A stretch of DNA of 64,000 nucleotides from Chiloscyllium plagiosum (taxonomy: Eukaryota): the NCBI RefSeq assembly GCF_004010195.1, contig NC_057725.1, forward strand, positions 22,021,296-22,085,295, read 5' to 3'. This document shows positions 12,793-25,489 of this stretch, piece after piece. The notes under the pieces were generated by a model that had not been told where the DNA came from, searched no databases, and saw only the letters and a list, made by a program, of their open reading frames with translations. The position numbers were made by a program, and so were the translations under genes. Positions within the stretch are counted from its first letter, which is position 1. Each line of letters begins with the position of its first letter.

Positions 12793-13997
12793 CCACCATC
12801 ACAGGAACAAGCTTTTGCATCCCTTTATTATAAAATCCTGCATGATTTGTGGAAATAACACAGGAGAAGCATCACTGCTGAAACCAGACTCTAACATCTG
12901 GCCCTTAGAGAGCGACAAGGCTTCAATTCCAAAACCTTCTAGATGCCTGTTCTAAATGTTTCTGAATTTACCTGTAAAGAAAACTGGGTTTTTGGTTACC
13001 AGAATTACTGAAGCGGCCTGTGTTATTTCTTGTATATCTCTTATTCAAAAGAAACTTCCATAGCATTTTTTGTCATCAGTAATCTGGATTCATAACAATT
13101 TCAACTCCAGATTGGCAAAAGCACCCCACACTCATTAGACTCATACAAATGTGTGAAATATTAAGTATTCTAATTGGTCTTAATGTTTTGCAAAACTGAA
13201 ATCCTTTTTTTTAACATGTGTATGGCATGTGCAAAGTAGCAGAATATTTCCAGGAAAATACATGGGAATAAATAATGTTCCTTGTTTCAAAATCCATGTA
13301 ATTTCCCTGCCAGTGACAGCCATAACACTGCAAGTTCTGACTTGACAAAGACAAAGTTAGATAGAGAAAGGAAAATAGATCTACCAATTAATTTGATGGT
13401 CTAGACAGACAGACAAACGGACTGGCTAACTAATGTCTTTCTCATCATGTCGCTCACAGAAATCCTAAAAAAATTGATTTAAACAGGATGAACTAGGTGT
13501 CACATTTATGTGTTAACCGATACACCGTCACCAATTTAAGATGATTAGTTCAGCTCATAATGTGACTCATTTACAATTACTTGAAATGACACTGGGACCT
13601 GTTCTTTGCAAACAATATGTTCCAACCTTGCATCATTTTGATTTACTTAAGAGTTGGAAAATCTATAGTGCCACAACACTGTCTCCATGGCAATATCTAA
13701 GCCAATCAGAACTGACTTACAAACCAGTCTTTATCCTTTTCTTCTGCAGTATAAATTGTTGTGTCTATTTGAAACTTGACATTCTTGTGTTTATCCCAAT
13801 GAATGCAGGATGAAATGGTTCGATATGTCTCTCCTGGCAATGTAACATTTTTTTTGCTTTGGAATTTTGGCTAAACGGAAACATATACTTAGAAAGAGGA
13901 CGTGGCTTTTTAATGAAATGGGTTTTGGAGGAAAATGCAAAGCAAAAATCATTGTAATGTGATGATGATATGATTAATATTATACACATACCTATGG

Positions 13998-14590
13998 TTA
14001 TAGGTTTGCTAATTGAGCTGGAAGTTCATTTTAAGATGTTTCATCACCATACTAGGTAATGTCATCAGTGAGCCTCCAGATGAAGCACTGGTAGTATGGC
14101 CACTTTCTATTTATGTGTTTGGGTTTCATTGGGCTGGTGATGCCATTTCCTGTGGTGACGTCATTTCCTGTAGTGATGTCGTTTCCCATTATTTTTCTCA
14201 GGGGGTGGTAAATGGGATCCAAGTCAATGTGTTTGTTAATAGAGTTCCAATTGGAATGTCATGCTTCTAGGAATTTTCATGCATGTCTCTGTTTGGCTTG
14301 TCCAAGGATGAATGTGTTTTTCCAGTCGAAGTGGTGTCCTTCCTCATCCGTACTAGTGAGAGAGAGTCATGTCTTTTTGTGGCTTGTTGATGTTCATGTA
14401 TCCTGGCTAGTTTTCTGCCTGTTTGTCCAATGGAGAGTTTGTTACAGTTCTTGCTTCATCAGTGCTTCATCCGGAGACTCACTGATGATGTTACCTAGAA
14501 TGGTGATGAACCTAAAAACGAACCTTCCTGCTCAGTGAGCAAACCTATACCCAGAACCTCAACCTGAGCTACAAATCTTCTCAAAACCCG
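13998..14590 (-). mobile_element. Truncated Penelope-like element with inverted termini and GIY-YIG endonuclease C-terminal relic
   Basis: About 90-bp inverted arms (13998-14092 vs 14459-14550). Minus-strand translation of about 14350-14195 gives DEEGHHFDWKNTFILGQAKQRHA*KFLEA*HSNWNSINKHIDLDPIY, typical of the PLE ORF end. Hammerhead-like core in the arms. Confidence 0.8.
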
Positions 14591-15279
14591 CTGATACATA
14601 CTATATTTATTACTATAATAAAAGTACCAACTATTTAGTTTAAGACAATTGTAATTGGATTATTAATGTAATAAAATATAAAACATGATTTGTCAGAAAA
14701 TTAATGAAGGGACTAGATGTTTAGTAAGAAAAATGTCTATTAAAAGGAGCAAATACAATATTACTATTCACAATGTACAATGAAATTAATCATGGAAGTC
14801 CTGGGAGTGGGCCAGAATTAATTTTTTGTTAAATTAATTTTTGAGCTGCAAATGTGACTAGGTTTCAGTGGGAATATACATATTTTTAATTTCAATACAG
14901 TTAAAACTTTGTTGGCATTTGTTAAACAGTGGTGCTGATTGTTACAATGGTAGTTAATGGGCAGTATTGAAAATGGAGGAAAGGTGATCCTAAACAGTGA
15001 ATTAACTCTTGACCCTCACTTTTATTTGTTACTCCCTGTTAGTACTGCCTTGGTCTATTAATATGGTTTCGAGCTCACCTTTTCTCTCAGTCAGTACTTA
15101 TGGCTGCAGATCATGAGCATGTAGATTATCAAATATCTTTACTCCTTCAAAACCTGTCCCAGTTATGGAATATTATACTCCCCTATGTTCCCTTAAGCAT
15201 CGTACCGTGCTTCATGCAGGTCTTGTTGTTTAAGCTCCCTCCACCTCTTTAGCTCTAATAAAAATAGATTTGAAATGGT

Positions 15280-15920
15280 GAAAATACAGGATCTGTGGAC
15301 CAACACAGGGATTTAGGATTCCATATTAAAACTGGTGGACAGGCAAACTTTTCTTAAAGGCTGATGGAACCAAAGCCTTTTCACAAAGGGGCTGGAATAC
15401 AAAGCAGTGGAAGTCGTTCAACAGTTCAAAGTTCTGTTTAGGCTGCATGTGGAATATTGTGGACAGTTGTAAGTACTACACCACAGGAAGATCTTGGAAG
15501 GAATGTACCATAGATTCACCAGAATAACACAGGTGCAGAAATGGATAAAATATGAGGACAGGTTGCAGAGTTTAAATTTGGATGTAGAAGATTCAGGATG
15601 ATCTAATTGATGCATCAAGATGATTAAAGGATTATGATAGGGTAATGGGGGAATCTATTACCCCTGGTGTGGCTAGTCCAGAACTAGGGAATATCATCTT
15701 AAAATTAGAGCTGCACCATTCAAGGATGACAGCAGCTGGCATTTCTGCACACAAAGGGCGATGGAGATCTGGATTTCCCCAGAAAACCCTTTCAGATAGA
15801 GGGCCAATTGAAAACTTCAAAGCTGTCATTGGTAGATTTTGTTAGACAAAGCTATTGAGTAATATTGACCAAGGCAGATAAATGGAATTAAGATGCCGAT
15901 CAGCCATGATCTAACTGACT
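15280..15920 (+). mobile_element. Old CR1 LINE 3' fragment
   Basis: Degenerate gttaggctgcatgtggaatattgtggacagtt..tagattcaccagaataa..cagccatgatctaactga pattern of CR1 3' ends. Confidence 0.65.
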
Positions 15921-16814
15921 GAGTTATAGAATTATACAGAACAGAAGGTAGCTATCTGGCTCATCACACTTGTGCCAGCTCTTAGAAAGAACAGTGTAGT
16001 TATACCCACCATTCTGCTCTTTCTTGATAGCCCTGCAAATACATTAGCTTGAAGTATTTATCTAATTTCTTTTTGGAAGTTGCTATTGCCACCCCTCCCA
16101 GTAACACATTACAGATCAAACAACTTGCTGAATAAAAAGCGTCTTCTTCATGATTGATGGAAGAAGCTTAAGAAGCTGTGTAGCAATTCTGTTACATATG
16201 TTCCAGCATTGTTTTCATAATAATACAAATGGATAAAAGCATTTATAATGTAGATCAAACAGTTCAACCAAAATATGAAGTCGTACTTGAAGACTCCATT
16301 TGTTCCTAAATTATTCCTTCTTTCAATAATTGTGAAGCAACAGAATACAACAGTATGTCTCCAAATTCAAAATTTTAATTTCACAGCCCCTTAATTTCAT
16401 GAATACAATATTGATTTTATAAGTTTGTTTCCACCACTGTGTTCTTCTTTGGTATCAAAGATGTTAAATTGAAGATAAATTATAACCTCATAAACCGTAC
16501 CAGATAATAAGATGGTTTGAACTAACTTAACAAGGACAGATTCGTTACATTTTAACTGCAAAGGGACATCAATGCTGCACAGCTAGTGTCACATTTTGTT
16601 CACCTAAAGATGCCGCAGGTTCATGAAAAACTAATTCAGCTAAAACTGTTTCTACTTTTGATGCTTTCAGGATTACCTCTTGGATCAAAGTTTGCTTTAA
16701 AATTATCCCAATGATTAATGCACCTAAGTCATAATGCATTCATTGCTGTTCTTGCTCTTGAGTGGGAATTAAATAAGAGTTTATAAAAAGGGGTTACAAC
16801 ACTTGTAAGACAAC

Positions 16815-17268
16815 TTGGAAGCATTGGAAAAGGTCGGGAGGGAAGGTCCTATGAGGAAAGGCTGAGAGTCTTGGGTCTGTTCTCATTGGAAAGAAGAAGG
16901 TTGAGAGGGGATTTGATAGAGACATACAAGATGATCAGAGGATTAGATAGGGTAGACAGTGAAAGTCTTTTTGCTAGGATGATGATGTCAGCTTGTATGA
17001 GGGGGCATAACTACAAATTGAGGGGTGATAGATTTAAGACAGATGACAGAGGCAGGTTCTTTACTCAGAGAGTAGTAAAGGTGTGGAAAGCCCTGCCTCT
17101 CAATGTAGTTAACTCAGCCACATTAGTGAGATTTAAACAATCTTTGGATAAGCACATGGATGATGATGATGGGATAGTGTAGGGGGATGGGCTAGATTAG
17201 TTCAGAAGTCTGCGCAACATCGAGGGCGATAGGGCCTGCTCAGTGCTATACTGTTCTATATTCTATGT
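16815..17268 (+). mobile_element. CR1 LINE 3' end
   Basis: ORF 16871-17182 LGLFSLERRRLRGDLIETYKMIRG..RGHNYKL..FFTQRVVKVW, ending in a ttctatattctatgtt tail. Confidence 0.9.
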
Positions 17269-18579
17269 TTCGTCACAGACTACAGGAGAGAATTTTTCCA
17301 CTCCAGAAATCCACTGAAAAGTTGCATTCGCTACAAGTGGAAATTAATTAATGGAACTGTTTCGTCAGAGAACATACAATTTCCTGATAAAGGTCTCATT
17401 AGGGTCTTGTGTGGTAAAGTTTCTGTATTTCATTTCTTATCGTCAAGAAAGTGGCTCACTATCACCTTCTCAAGGACACTTAGAGTGGGCAATAAATCCT
17501 GAGAGTAGCCAGCGATGATCACATCCCGTGAACTGGCAAATTACAAACCTATGCCTTTGCCAGAACATGCTCCTGTACAAACCCCACCCCTTCCATTCAT
17601 TTGTGTCTACGTCCCCCTTCAATATGTGGCCTCGGGTGGATGCAGTACAAAGAGTAATGCAATCGATTTTTTAACCTTGCATTCTTAGGTAGGGATTTCT
17701 GCTGAAGGCAGGTGTTGAAAAGCTGAGTACATGCTGCCAGGACTTTCTGGTCATTCATCCAACTAGTCGTAAAATGCTACATAGCACTTCTGACCAGTGT
17801 TTTCAATTGGGCTCAGCTAAAAGCACAAGATTAGGAATTTCAGCCTTTAAAATAACTATCCCTCAGTAACTGGAATATAATCCTTGAAACTGCTCACCAA
17901 ATCTTTTTCAACACTATTCCAGATCCCATTATTGAAGCTATGTGTTCCATATGTAAAAAGAACATTATGAAATTGCATTGCATGAGATTTAGAATTCTGA
18001 TAATGTGGCCTAATTATAATATATTCTTGCATGCAAAGGCAAATCAATACTGACCTTTGCTGGGAAAATAAACGCACACCTCATTAAACATCAAACTCAA
18101 TACTATATTTTAATCCATTGGGAAATTTCTTACAATTAGAGTTTGCAGAAGGAGCTGGGGGTGTGCAGTCAGCAAAGGTTAGATGTGAATCATAAAAGGA
18201 GTGATGGGGCCAAGAAGCAAAATGCCAATTTGTGGCTAAAAATATTCAGAAAAGCTAAGTGAAACTTGAAGCTAATGTAGTTTTCATGAATTCAAAGACA
18301 CTGGCAAAAATGATAATCTGCAATATAAGCCTTTAGCACAGGAATTGCATCCTATGCAATATTCTGCTCTTCCAATGTTATTTTCTCTATAAGATTGCAG
18401 ATTCCAACAGACCTGTTTTTGGGATTTAGGTTTCACCTCTTAATTTTTCATTTAATGAACATCGTTTAGAGTAAAGAACAAAAATGTTCTAAGAACATAA
18501 AAAATACTATTCCTTTTATAGACAATATATTTTCTCACCTAAGATGCTTGCAGCAATGTCCTGAAGATGAAACTTGAAT

Positions 18580-18697
18580 GACTAGAAATTCCGGAATAGA
18601 CAGACAGAAGGCTGAAAGAACACAGCAAGCCAGGCAGCATCAGGAGATGGAGAAGTCGACATTTCGGGTGTAACCCTTCTTCAGGACTAGAGATTCC
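18580..18697 (-). mobile_element. Short hammerhead-core element (family A variant) with TSD
   Basis: Minus strand CTGAAGA-agggttacaccc-GAAAT-GTC. Flanking duplication gactagaaattcc (18580-18592) / gactagagattcc (18685-18697). Confidence 0.6.
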
Positions 18698-19019
18698 AGG
18701 TCAATCATGGAGGGTTTGAAACCATAGACTAGAAGGAAAAACACAGATAGGCAGCTTGGTTCCAGTGGTGATATTTTCATCTCCGAGTCAGAAGGTTCTA
18801 CTTTCAAGTTACAGTTGAGGACATAAACCAATGTGATACCTCAATGCAGTATGAGGGAGTGCTGCAGTTGCCATCATTTGGGTAAGATGTTATCTACCCA
18901 AACCTTTTCAGATGAATACTTGAGATCTATAAGGCTATTTGATGAAGGGCAGGGAGTCCTCCTAGAGTTTTGATCAACATTCTTCCCTCAAATGAATTCA
19001 CCAAATGGCCACCATTTGT

Positions 19020-19520
19020 AAGACACAAATCAGGAGTGTGATGGATTATTTTCCACTTACCTGAGTGGACTCAGCTCCAACAACACTCAGGAAGTCAACG
19101 CCATTCAGGACACAGCAGCCAACTTGATTAGCAACTTTGTGTCAACATTCACTTCCTCCAAACCTAATGCACTGTGGCTGCAATGTGCAGTATCTACAAG
19201 ATGCATTGATGTATGTCACCAAACATCCTGCGACAGCATCTTCCAAACACACAACCATTCCCACCTAGAAGAGCAAAGAGGGCAGATACATGGGAACCAC
19301 CACTTCCAAGTTCCCTTCCATGCCACACACCATCCTGACTTGGAAGAATATTGCTGGGTCAAACTCCAAGAATTCCATCTCTAACAGCATTGTGGTTGTC
19401 CTTACACTCCAAAGACTGCAGCACTTCAAGCAAGCAGCTCACCACCACCTTCACCATGGCAATTAGGATGAGCAATAAATGTTGGCCAAGCCAGTGATAT
19501 CCACATCCTGTATCCAATAA
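19020..19520 (+). mobile_element. 3' end of a second LINE family (CR1/L2 group) whose tail matches the MetaSINE-like SINE
   Basis: aggagtgtgatggattatttccactt..gctccaacaacactcaggaag..caggacacagcagcc ORF-end relic; tail ggcaattaggatgagcaataaatgttggccaagccag matches 8980-9030. Related fragments at 39870-40170 (-), 44720-44930 (+) and probably 63560-64000 (+). Confidence 0.65.
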
Positions 19521-20531
19521 AATAATTAGCCATTCCTCTTATCGATGTTTTTGAACTCTTGCTGTATATAAATTAACTGGTCCTTTGCACAAAATAAAAA
19601 CAGAAGTGCTGGAGAAACTCAACTAGGTCTGGCAGCATCTGTGGAGAGAGAAACAGAGTTAGTGTATCAAGTCCAGAATGACTCTTCTTCAGAACTCATT
19701 AGGTCTTTTGCCTATTAGGCACCATGCTCCAACATAAATTGCTGTATCGGAAACATTTTTAAGTGATTCTGTGCTCCATGATATGAATGCCAGTCTTTCC
19801 TGCCTTCCCCACAGGCCCTTGTTCTGTATAGAGTTCTGTAATATCAGCAAACAACAATCTGATTATCAGAAGCTGTTTCTTTTTCCATTTTAAAGGGGCA
19901 CTGTCTATTTGACATTCTTTTCACTTGTTCCCAAGAGGACAATAATGTGGCACAAATCACATTGCAACACATCATGACAAATATAAATGCTGCACCTTCT
20001 CTTCCCCTTTTTTCCAATTCCCAAAAAGCTCTTGGACAAACAATTTTCTTAAAAAGCGCTCTTCCATTAATCTTGGACTGTTAGCAACCCAAAGGATTGT
20101 GTGCTTTTTTTTTAAATCAACAAGCTGTTCACTGTTCAGGAGAAATACAACACAACTGGAAACTTCTATTCTCCATATGAGTACTGTTAAAATGTCAGGA
20201 ATGGATTCCGCCAGTAATGTTATCTTTATTGTAATAAAAATGGCCTCTAAAAATTACAACATTTGAAAAATCAAAAGCTCTTAAAACTTAAAGCTCTTAA
20301 AGCATTTTCTCCCTTCCCCATTCTTCCTTTTATTTTACTGTTGTGCAGAGAGAGGAAGGCAAAGAGATTTTGGAGGTTTCAAGATAGATATTTGAATAAA
20401 CAGACAGTTGATAAATATAGTATATCACCACCTGAAACAAGAGAAGAACACCTCTCATTAATTGTCATGATTGGTAATGCCTCTTTCAACATTGGTCACC
20501 TTCTGAACTAGACCAACCACAATAACTCAGT

Positions 20532-20703
20532 AACTATTATAGTAGGTAATAACAAGCACTGTAGATGCTGGAAACCAGATTCTGGATTTGAGTGGTGTTG
20601 GAAAAGCACAGCAGGTCAGGCAGCATCCGAGGAGCAGGAAAATCGATGTTTCGGGCAAAAGCCCTTCATCAGGAATAGAAAGTAATAGAAACTATTATAG
20701 TAG
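20532..20703 (-). mobile_element. Short hammerhead-core element (family A) with 14-bp TSD
   Basis: Minus strand CTGATGA-a-gggc-tttt-gccc-GAAAC-ATC. TSD aactattatagtag at 20532-20545 and 20690-20703. Confidence 0.75.
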
Positions 20704-21281
20704 CACAGATGCTCATATTCTGTTACAAACTGATCACTTTCTGGTCCCTTTAAGCATTACACTACCTATAAGCCTCAAGTGATGAGTGTGCAAGAATATG
20801 GGCTATCCACTAGTGAGCATAAAAACAGAAGGACCAATTGACTGAACACATGGCTGAAGGAGGGAGAGCAACAGATTTCTGAGGCAATGGAAGCAGTCCA
20901 GGTCATATACAAGCTGGACAGATTGCATCTTAATAGGACCGGGATTGATAGCTGGTGATAGCCCCAAACACAACTCCCCAACCCCCTTCCCAATATCCCT
21001 AAACCCACCTCCTCACCATTCCTTCCTGGCCAAACTGTAGAGTAGTCTCTCAGTTTGTCCAGTTGCCAGACAGGAAACAGAGTGAGAACAATAACAATGC
21101 AGTCCTACTGACAGCTATGACCAGACATCCATGTTCCTGGTATTTCCAGGTGTCCTGATCCCTCACTGTCATACAGCGAATAACAGAGGCCTGACCCGCT
21201 CCATGTGACTTTCAATCAAGAACTACACAGAATTTACAGACCATTCAATCAAACAGGTCTTTTCCCATTTTTGACAATGAC

Positions 21282-21393
21282 CTACTCATACTTAAGAAGG
21301 GCTCATGCCCGAAACGTCGATTCTCCTGCTCCTTGGATGCTGCCTGATCTGCTGCGCTTTTCCAGCAACACATTTTCAGCTCTACTCATACTT
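21282..21393 (+). mobile_element. Short family A element with 12-bp TSD
   Basis: gaagggctcatgcccgaaacgtcgattctcctgctcc..gctgcctgatctgctgcgcttttccagc. TSD ctactcatactt at 21282-21293 and 21382-21393. Confidence 0.75.
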
Positions 21394-21649
21394 CACCTAA
21401 CCCTATCAGCATATTCATCTAATCCTTTCTCCCTCATGTCCTTATCTGGCTTCCCCTTAAAGGAATCTGTGCACGTCCTCTGACACTCTACATAGGCAGT
21501 CAAGTGCAATCTTTGGGTAAAGATTGTTCAATGAAATGAAGTGTGTTAATGAACAAAGGAAAGCCAAAGCTATAGAGGGGGACATTCATTGGAGGATTAC
21601 TTGTATATACTGTATATGGTTGTTGTACACAGGAGTCCCATGCAAAAAG

Positions 21650-21856
21650 GATGGAACAAGCTGCCAGAGGAAGTGGTGGAGGCTGGTACAATTGCAACAT
21701 TTAAAAGGCATCTGGATGGGTATATGAATAGGAAGGATTTGGAGGGATATGGGCCGAGTGCTGGCAGGTGGGACTAGATTGGGTTGGGATATCTGGTTGG
21801 CGTGGACAGGTTGGACTGAAGGGTCTGTTTCTATGCTGTACATCTCTGTGACTCTA
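21650..21856 (+). mobile_element. CR1 3' tail fragment
   Basis: WNKLPEEVVEAGTIATFKRHLDGYMNRK ORF end and ctgtacatctctgtgactct tail. Confidence 0.85.
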
Positions 21857-21907
21857 AATATTAAAATGGAAACATACATAAACAAGTCTAACAAATGGAA
21901 TTTTTAT

Positions 21908-22075
21908 TTGGAGATGCGGGTGTTGGACTGGGGTGTACAAAGTTAAAAATCACACAATACCAAATTATAGTCCAACAGGTTTAATTGGAAGCACACTAGC
22001 TTTCGGAGCTCAGCTGCTTCATCAGGACACCTCCACAACCACCTCATGAAGGAGCGGTGGACCTCATGAAGGAGC
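21908..22075 (-). mobile_element. PLE-type terminus (family B) with partial inverted copy
   Basis: Near-identical to 4400-4520, followed by oppositely oriented acaaccacctcatgaaggagc repeats. Confidence 0.65.
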
Positions 22076-23241
22076 AGTCGATCCAGAGAAATGAGCCACT
22101 ATTCTCTTGGGAGAACAGTAGGACTTCCCCTACAATAGTGAAAGCCATGATGTGGAAACACTGGTGTTGGACTGGGGTGAATGATTTTCTTAAAATCTTA
22201 CTTTGCAGGCTGACCAGCTATGCTGAATCAATCAACTGTTTAAACTCCTCAGCCAAAGACCATGAACAGCGACTCATGATGCAAGGATGGTCATTGCCTC
22301 TTGCCCACCTCTGTGTGAAGTTTCGTTAAGAACACAATTTTTTTTATTTTTCAAAACATTGCATTCATAATGATGCCCAATGAATACTTTGTTTACGGCT
22401 GTAAAAAGCTAGTTATTGCTGTAACACGGTTAAATGAGGTCTCATTCTACACACAAAATGCTAACAATGAAATATGAGGAGAGCACAATTTTAAAGGGAT
22501 CCCAATTTCAATAAACTGGAACACATGATGTCCATTTGCACCTTGAGGTCTTCTGCAATCAGTGGGTGCAACAGCAGCATACAGTGCATCACTATCTCCA
22601 GGCTTTAATTTATTTTGCAAATTTTATTTTATTTACAGTACCCCTTTGAGAGAGATTGTTAACTAGCTAATTTATTTATTTACTTACCATTTACTCAAAA
22701 GAGAATAAACCGACAACTATAGATGCTGATGGTGGGTTGTACAATTAGAAACAACACATTTTGTGACTTTTCACTTTGTGAATAAATCCAAAACTGAGTA
22801 AAGATTGTCTTTGGGTATCCTCCTTTACAAACTGTCGATCAGCAGTTTAATAAATTGAACAATATGGCATGAGTGTAATTATACTAGCTTGCTCAAAGAT
22901 AACCAAATCTTTATTTTGTGTTATACATACAGTTCTGACTTATATTTGTTTTCATTATGAATGCCCATGCTCAACTTTGGAAACTGATTGTATGAAACTT
23001 GTCATGCTCTAATAATACCCTTTCTCTCAGAGGTGATGATCCAGCACCATCACTAGCAGAAATGGGTAAATACAGCAGGGAACGTTTACATTGGCAGATT
23101 CCACTATAAATGTAAATTTATCATGGAAAATGCTGAATCAAAGAATAAACTGATTTAAAATGTTTCAGATGTTACTAGCTGCTTTCTGATTGGTCTATGC
23201 ATGAGAGGTTAAAAGTAGTCTTTGACTGAAGTGGTGAAAAT

Positions 23242-23472
23242 GCAGGAGATCATTAAAGGAGAAAGTGAGGACTGTAGATGCTGGAGATCAGAGCTTAAAA
23301 ATGTGTTGCTGGAAAAGCGCAGGAGGTCAGGCAGCATAAAAGGAGAAGGAGAATCGACGTTTCGGGCATAAGAAGAAAGGCTTATGTCCGAAACGTCGAT
23401 TCTCCTTCTCCTTTGATGCTGCCTGACCTGCTGCGCTTTTCCAGCAACACATTTTTAAGCAGGAGATCATTA
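23242..23472. mobile_element. Family A element as a near-perfect fold-back with 14-bp TSD
   Basis: About 80-bp inverted arms (23293-23372 / 23381-23460). TSD gcaggagatcatta at 23242-23255 and 23459-23472. Confidence 0.8.
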
Positions 23473-24079
23473 TAGCCCAGCACACAAGTCTAATTTAATC
23501 CCTATTTTAAATCCACACAGTCTTCCCTTATATTTCTTATTCCATTATGGGGGAAGAATGTAATTACAGGCTAGCAATTTTTGCATCAGAGGTTCCATTA
23601 ATTGTGAGTGCATAGGTATTTATAATGGAAAAGATTTGTTAAAACTGCACATAGAGCAAGATATTTTCATATATTTGATAGATTTTACTGATGATTGTTG
23701 TGAAAAAGGTACTCAATGCAGCCTTGCTTGTGAATTAATGAGAGTCTCAGTCATGCAGCCCAAGTGACTGAAGCATAGCTGTGTTTACAGTTTATAGGAG
23801 CTGTTAAATTAACAGAGCAATACCAATGGGAAACTGTCACACTTCAAAAAATGCCGAGTATGCATTTTAAATATATCTGCAATCAGATAATATACAAGCA
23901 TTAACATGCTACGCATTTAGTCCATTTACAGCCTAAATTTAGCATTTGAAATTGTAAAGTGTACACGAAGTATTCCAATGTGACACATGGCAGCAACATC
24001 TGTTACTTAATTCTGTGCAAGTCCAAATCAAAATGCCAAGTTTTTATAAAGCATCAAGAACTTGTGACACATACCCTGA

Positions 24080-24093
24080 GTGCCCTCTAGTGT
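24080..24093 (-). promoter_or_regulatory. Candidate CTCF site
   Basis: Minus strand ACACTAGAGGGCAC matches the CCASYAGRKGGCRS core at 13 of 14 positions; motif match only. Confidence 0.4.
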
Positions 24094-24473
24094 TCTTTTA
24101 TGAAATGGATCCATTTGCTGAGTGAAAAACACTTAAATTCTGTCTGCACTTTCATCCTGCACTTACTTTGAAATAAAAATGATCTTCTTCGATGGGTTGA
24201 TGGTGTGATACAGACTCCATTATGTTTTCTTTGTTATCACCTCTAAATTCAGTATTGCACTGGGGTTAGCCTTGATTTAGCATTCAAGTCTAACCTGCAC
24301 CTCAGAAAAAGGAAAACAATCCCAGTCTATCCAATCTCTCTATATAACTAAAACTCTCCAGCCCAGGCAACGTCATGGTAAATTTTCTCTGCACCTTCTC
24401 CAGTGTAATCACATCCCTCCTATAATATAGATTCCTGAAATGCACTGTGCCATCATTGTAAGGTTAAACTCGA

Positions 24474-24640
24474 GCATTACAGAGGGCTAGGAGAAAGTGA
24501 GGACTGCAGATGCTGGAGATCAGAGCTGAAAATGTGTTGCTGGAAAAGCGCAGCAGGTCAGGCAGCATCCAAGGAGCAGGAGTATCAACGTTTCGGGGCT
24601 CATGCCCGAAACGTCGATTCTCCTGCATTACAGAGGGCTA
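24474..24640 (-). mobile_element. Family A element with short fold-back and 16-bp TSD, inserted in an old CR1
   Basis: TSD gcattacagagggcta at 24474-24489 and 24625-24640; contains acgtttcgggg-ctcat-gcccgaaacgtcg. Confidence 0.78.
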
Positions 24641-25489
24641 TCAGTTGGCACAATCAAAATCCACCTAACTATTCTAATCTCGATTTCCAGCATGGGGCCC
24701 ATAGCCTTGTATGCTTTAACATCGCAAATGTACATCTAAATACACCTTAAATATTAAGAGTGCTTCTGTCTCCCGCGACCTCTGGGTGAAAAAAATCTTT
24801 CTTCATATCCCCTCCAAATCTCCTACCTTCTCTCTTAAATCTATGACCCTCCTGGTCATTGATGCCTTCACCAAGGGGAAAGGCTTCTTTCTGTCTATGC
24901 CCCTTATATTTTATATGCCTCCACCCATCCCTCAGTTTCCCCTGCTCCAAGGAAAACAACCCCTGTCTTTCAAACAAAATGAACTGCAAATGCTAGACAT
25001 CAGAAACAAAAACAGAAATTGCTGGAGAAACTCAGCAGATCTGGCAGCATCTATGGAGAGAAAGCAGAACCAATGTTTTGGGTCCAGTGTCCCTCCTTGA
25101 TGTGTTCTTTAGACTGTAACACGTCTTCAAGAATATATTGCTGCTTAATGGTATTACCTTTACAGATATGGAGATATCAAATCTGAGACAAGATACTACA
25201 GCATTTGGTTGTTTAGAATTGCATACTGAAGTTGTCACATATGGTATATTGTTCAGGTAAGAGGTGTGTCTGCTGTGGTCAAATGCTCTCAAGTGCTTTA
25301 AGTTGTCAACAGTCTCTAGAATAATTTGCACTAAATTGAATATTTGCTTTCAAATGAATCTTGGACAGTTTACTTAACTCTGCATCCACTGCGATTTGGA
25401 CTGTTCATTCCAGAGTTAGTTTTGATTGAAGAAGTTACATGACTGATTTATTGAAGAAATCAATGACAATTATATTAGAAATGAGCTTT

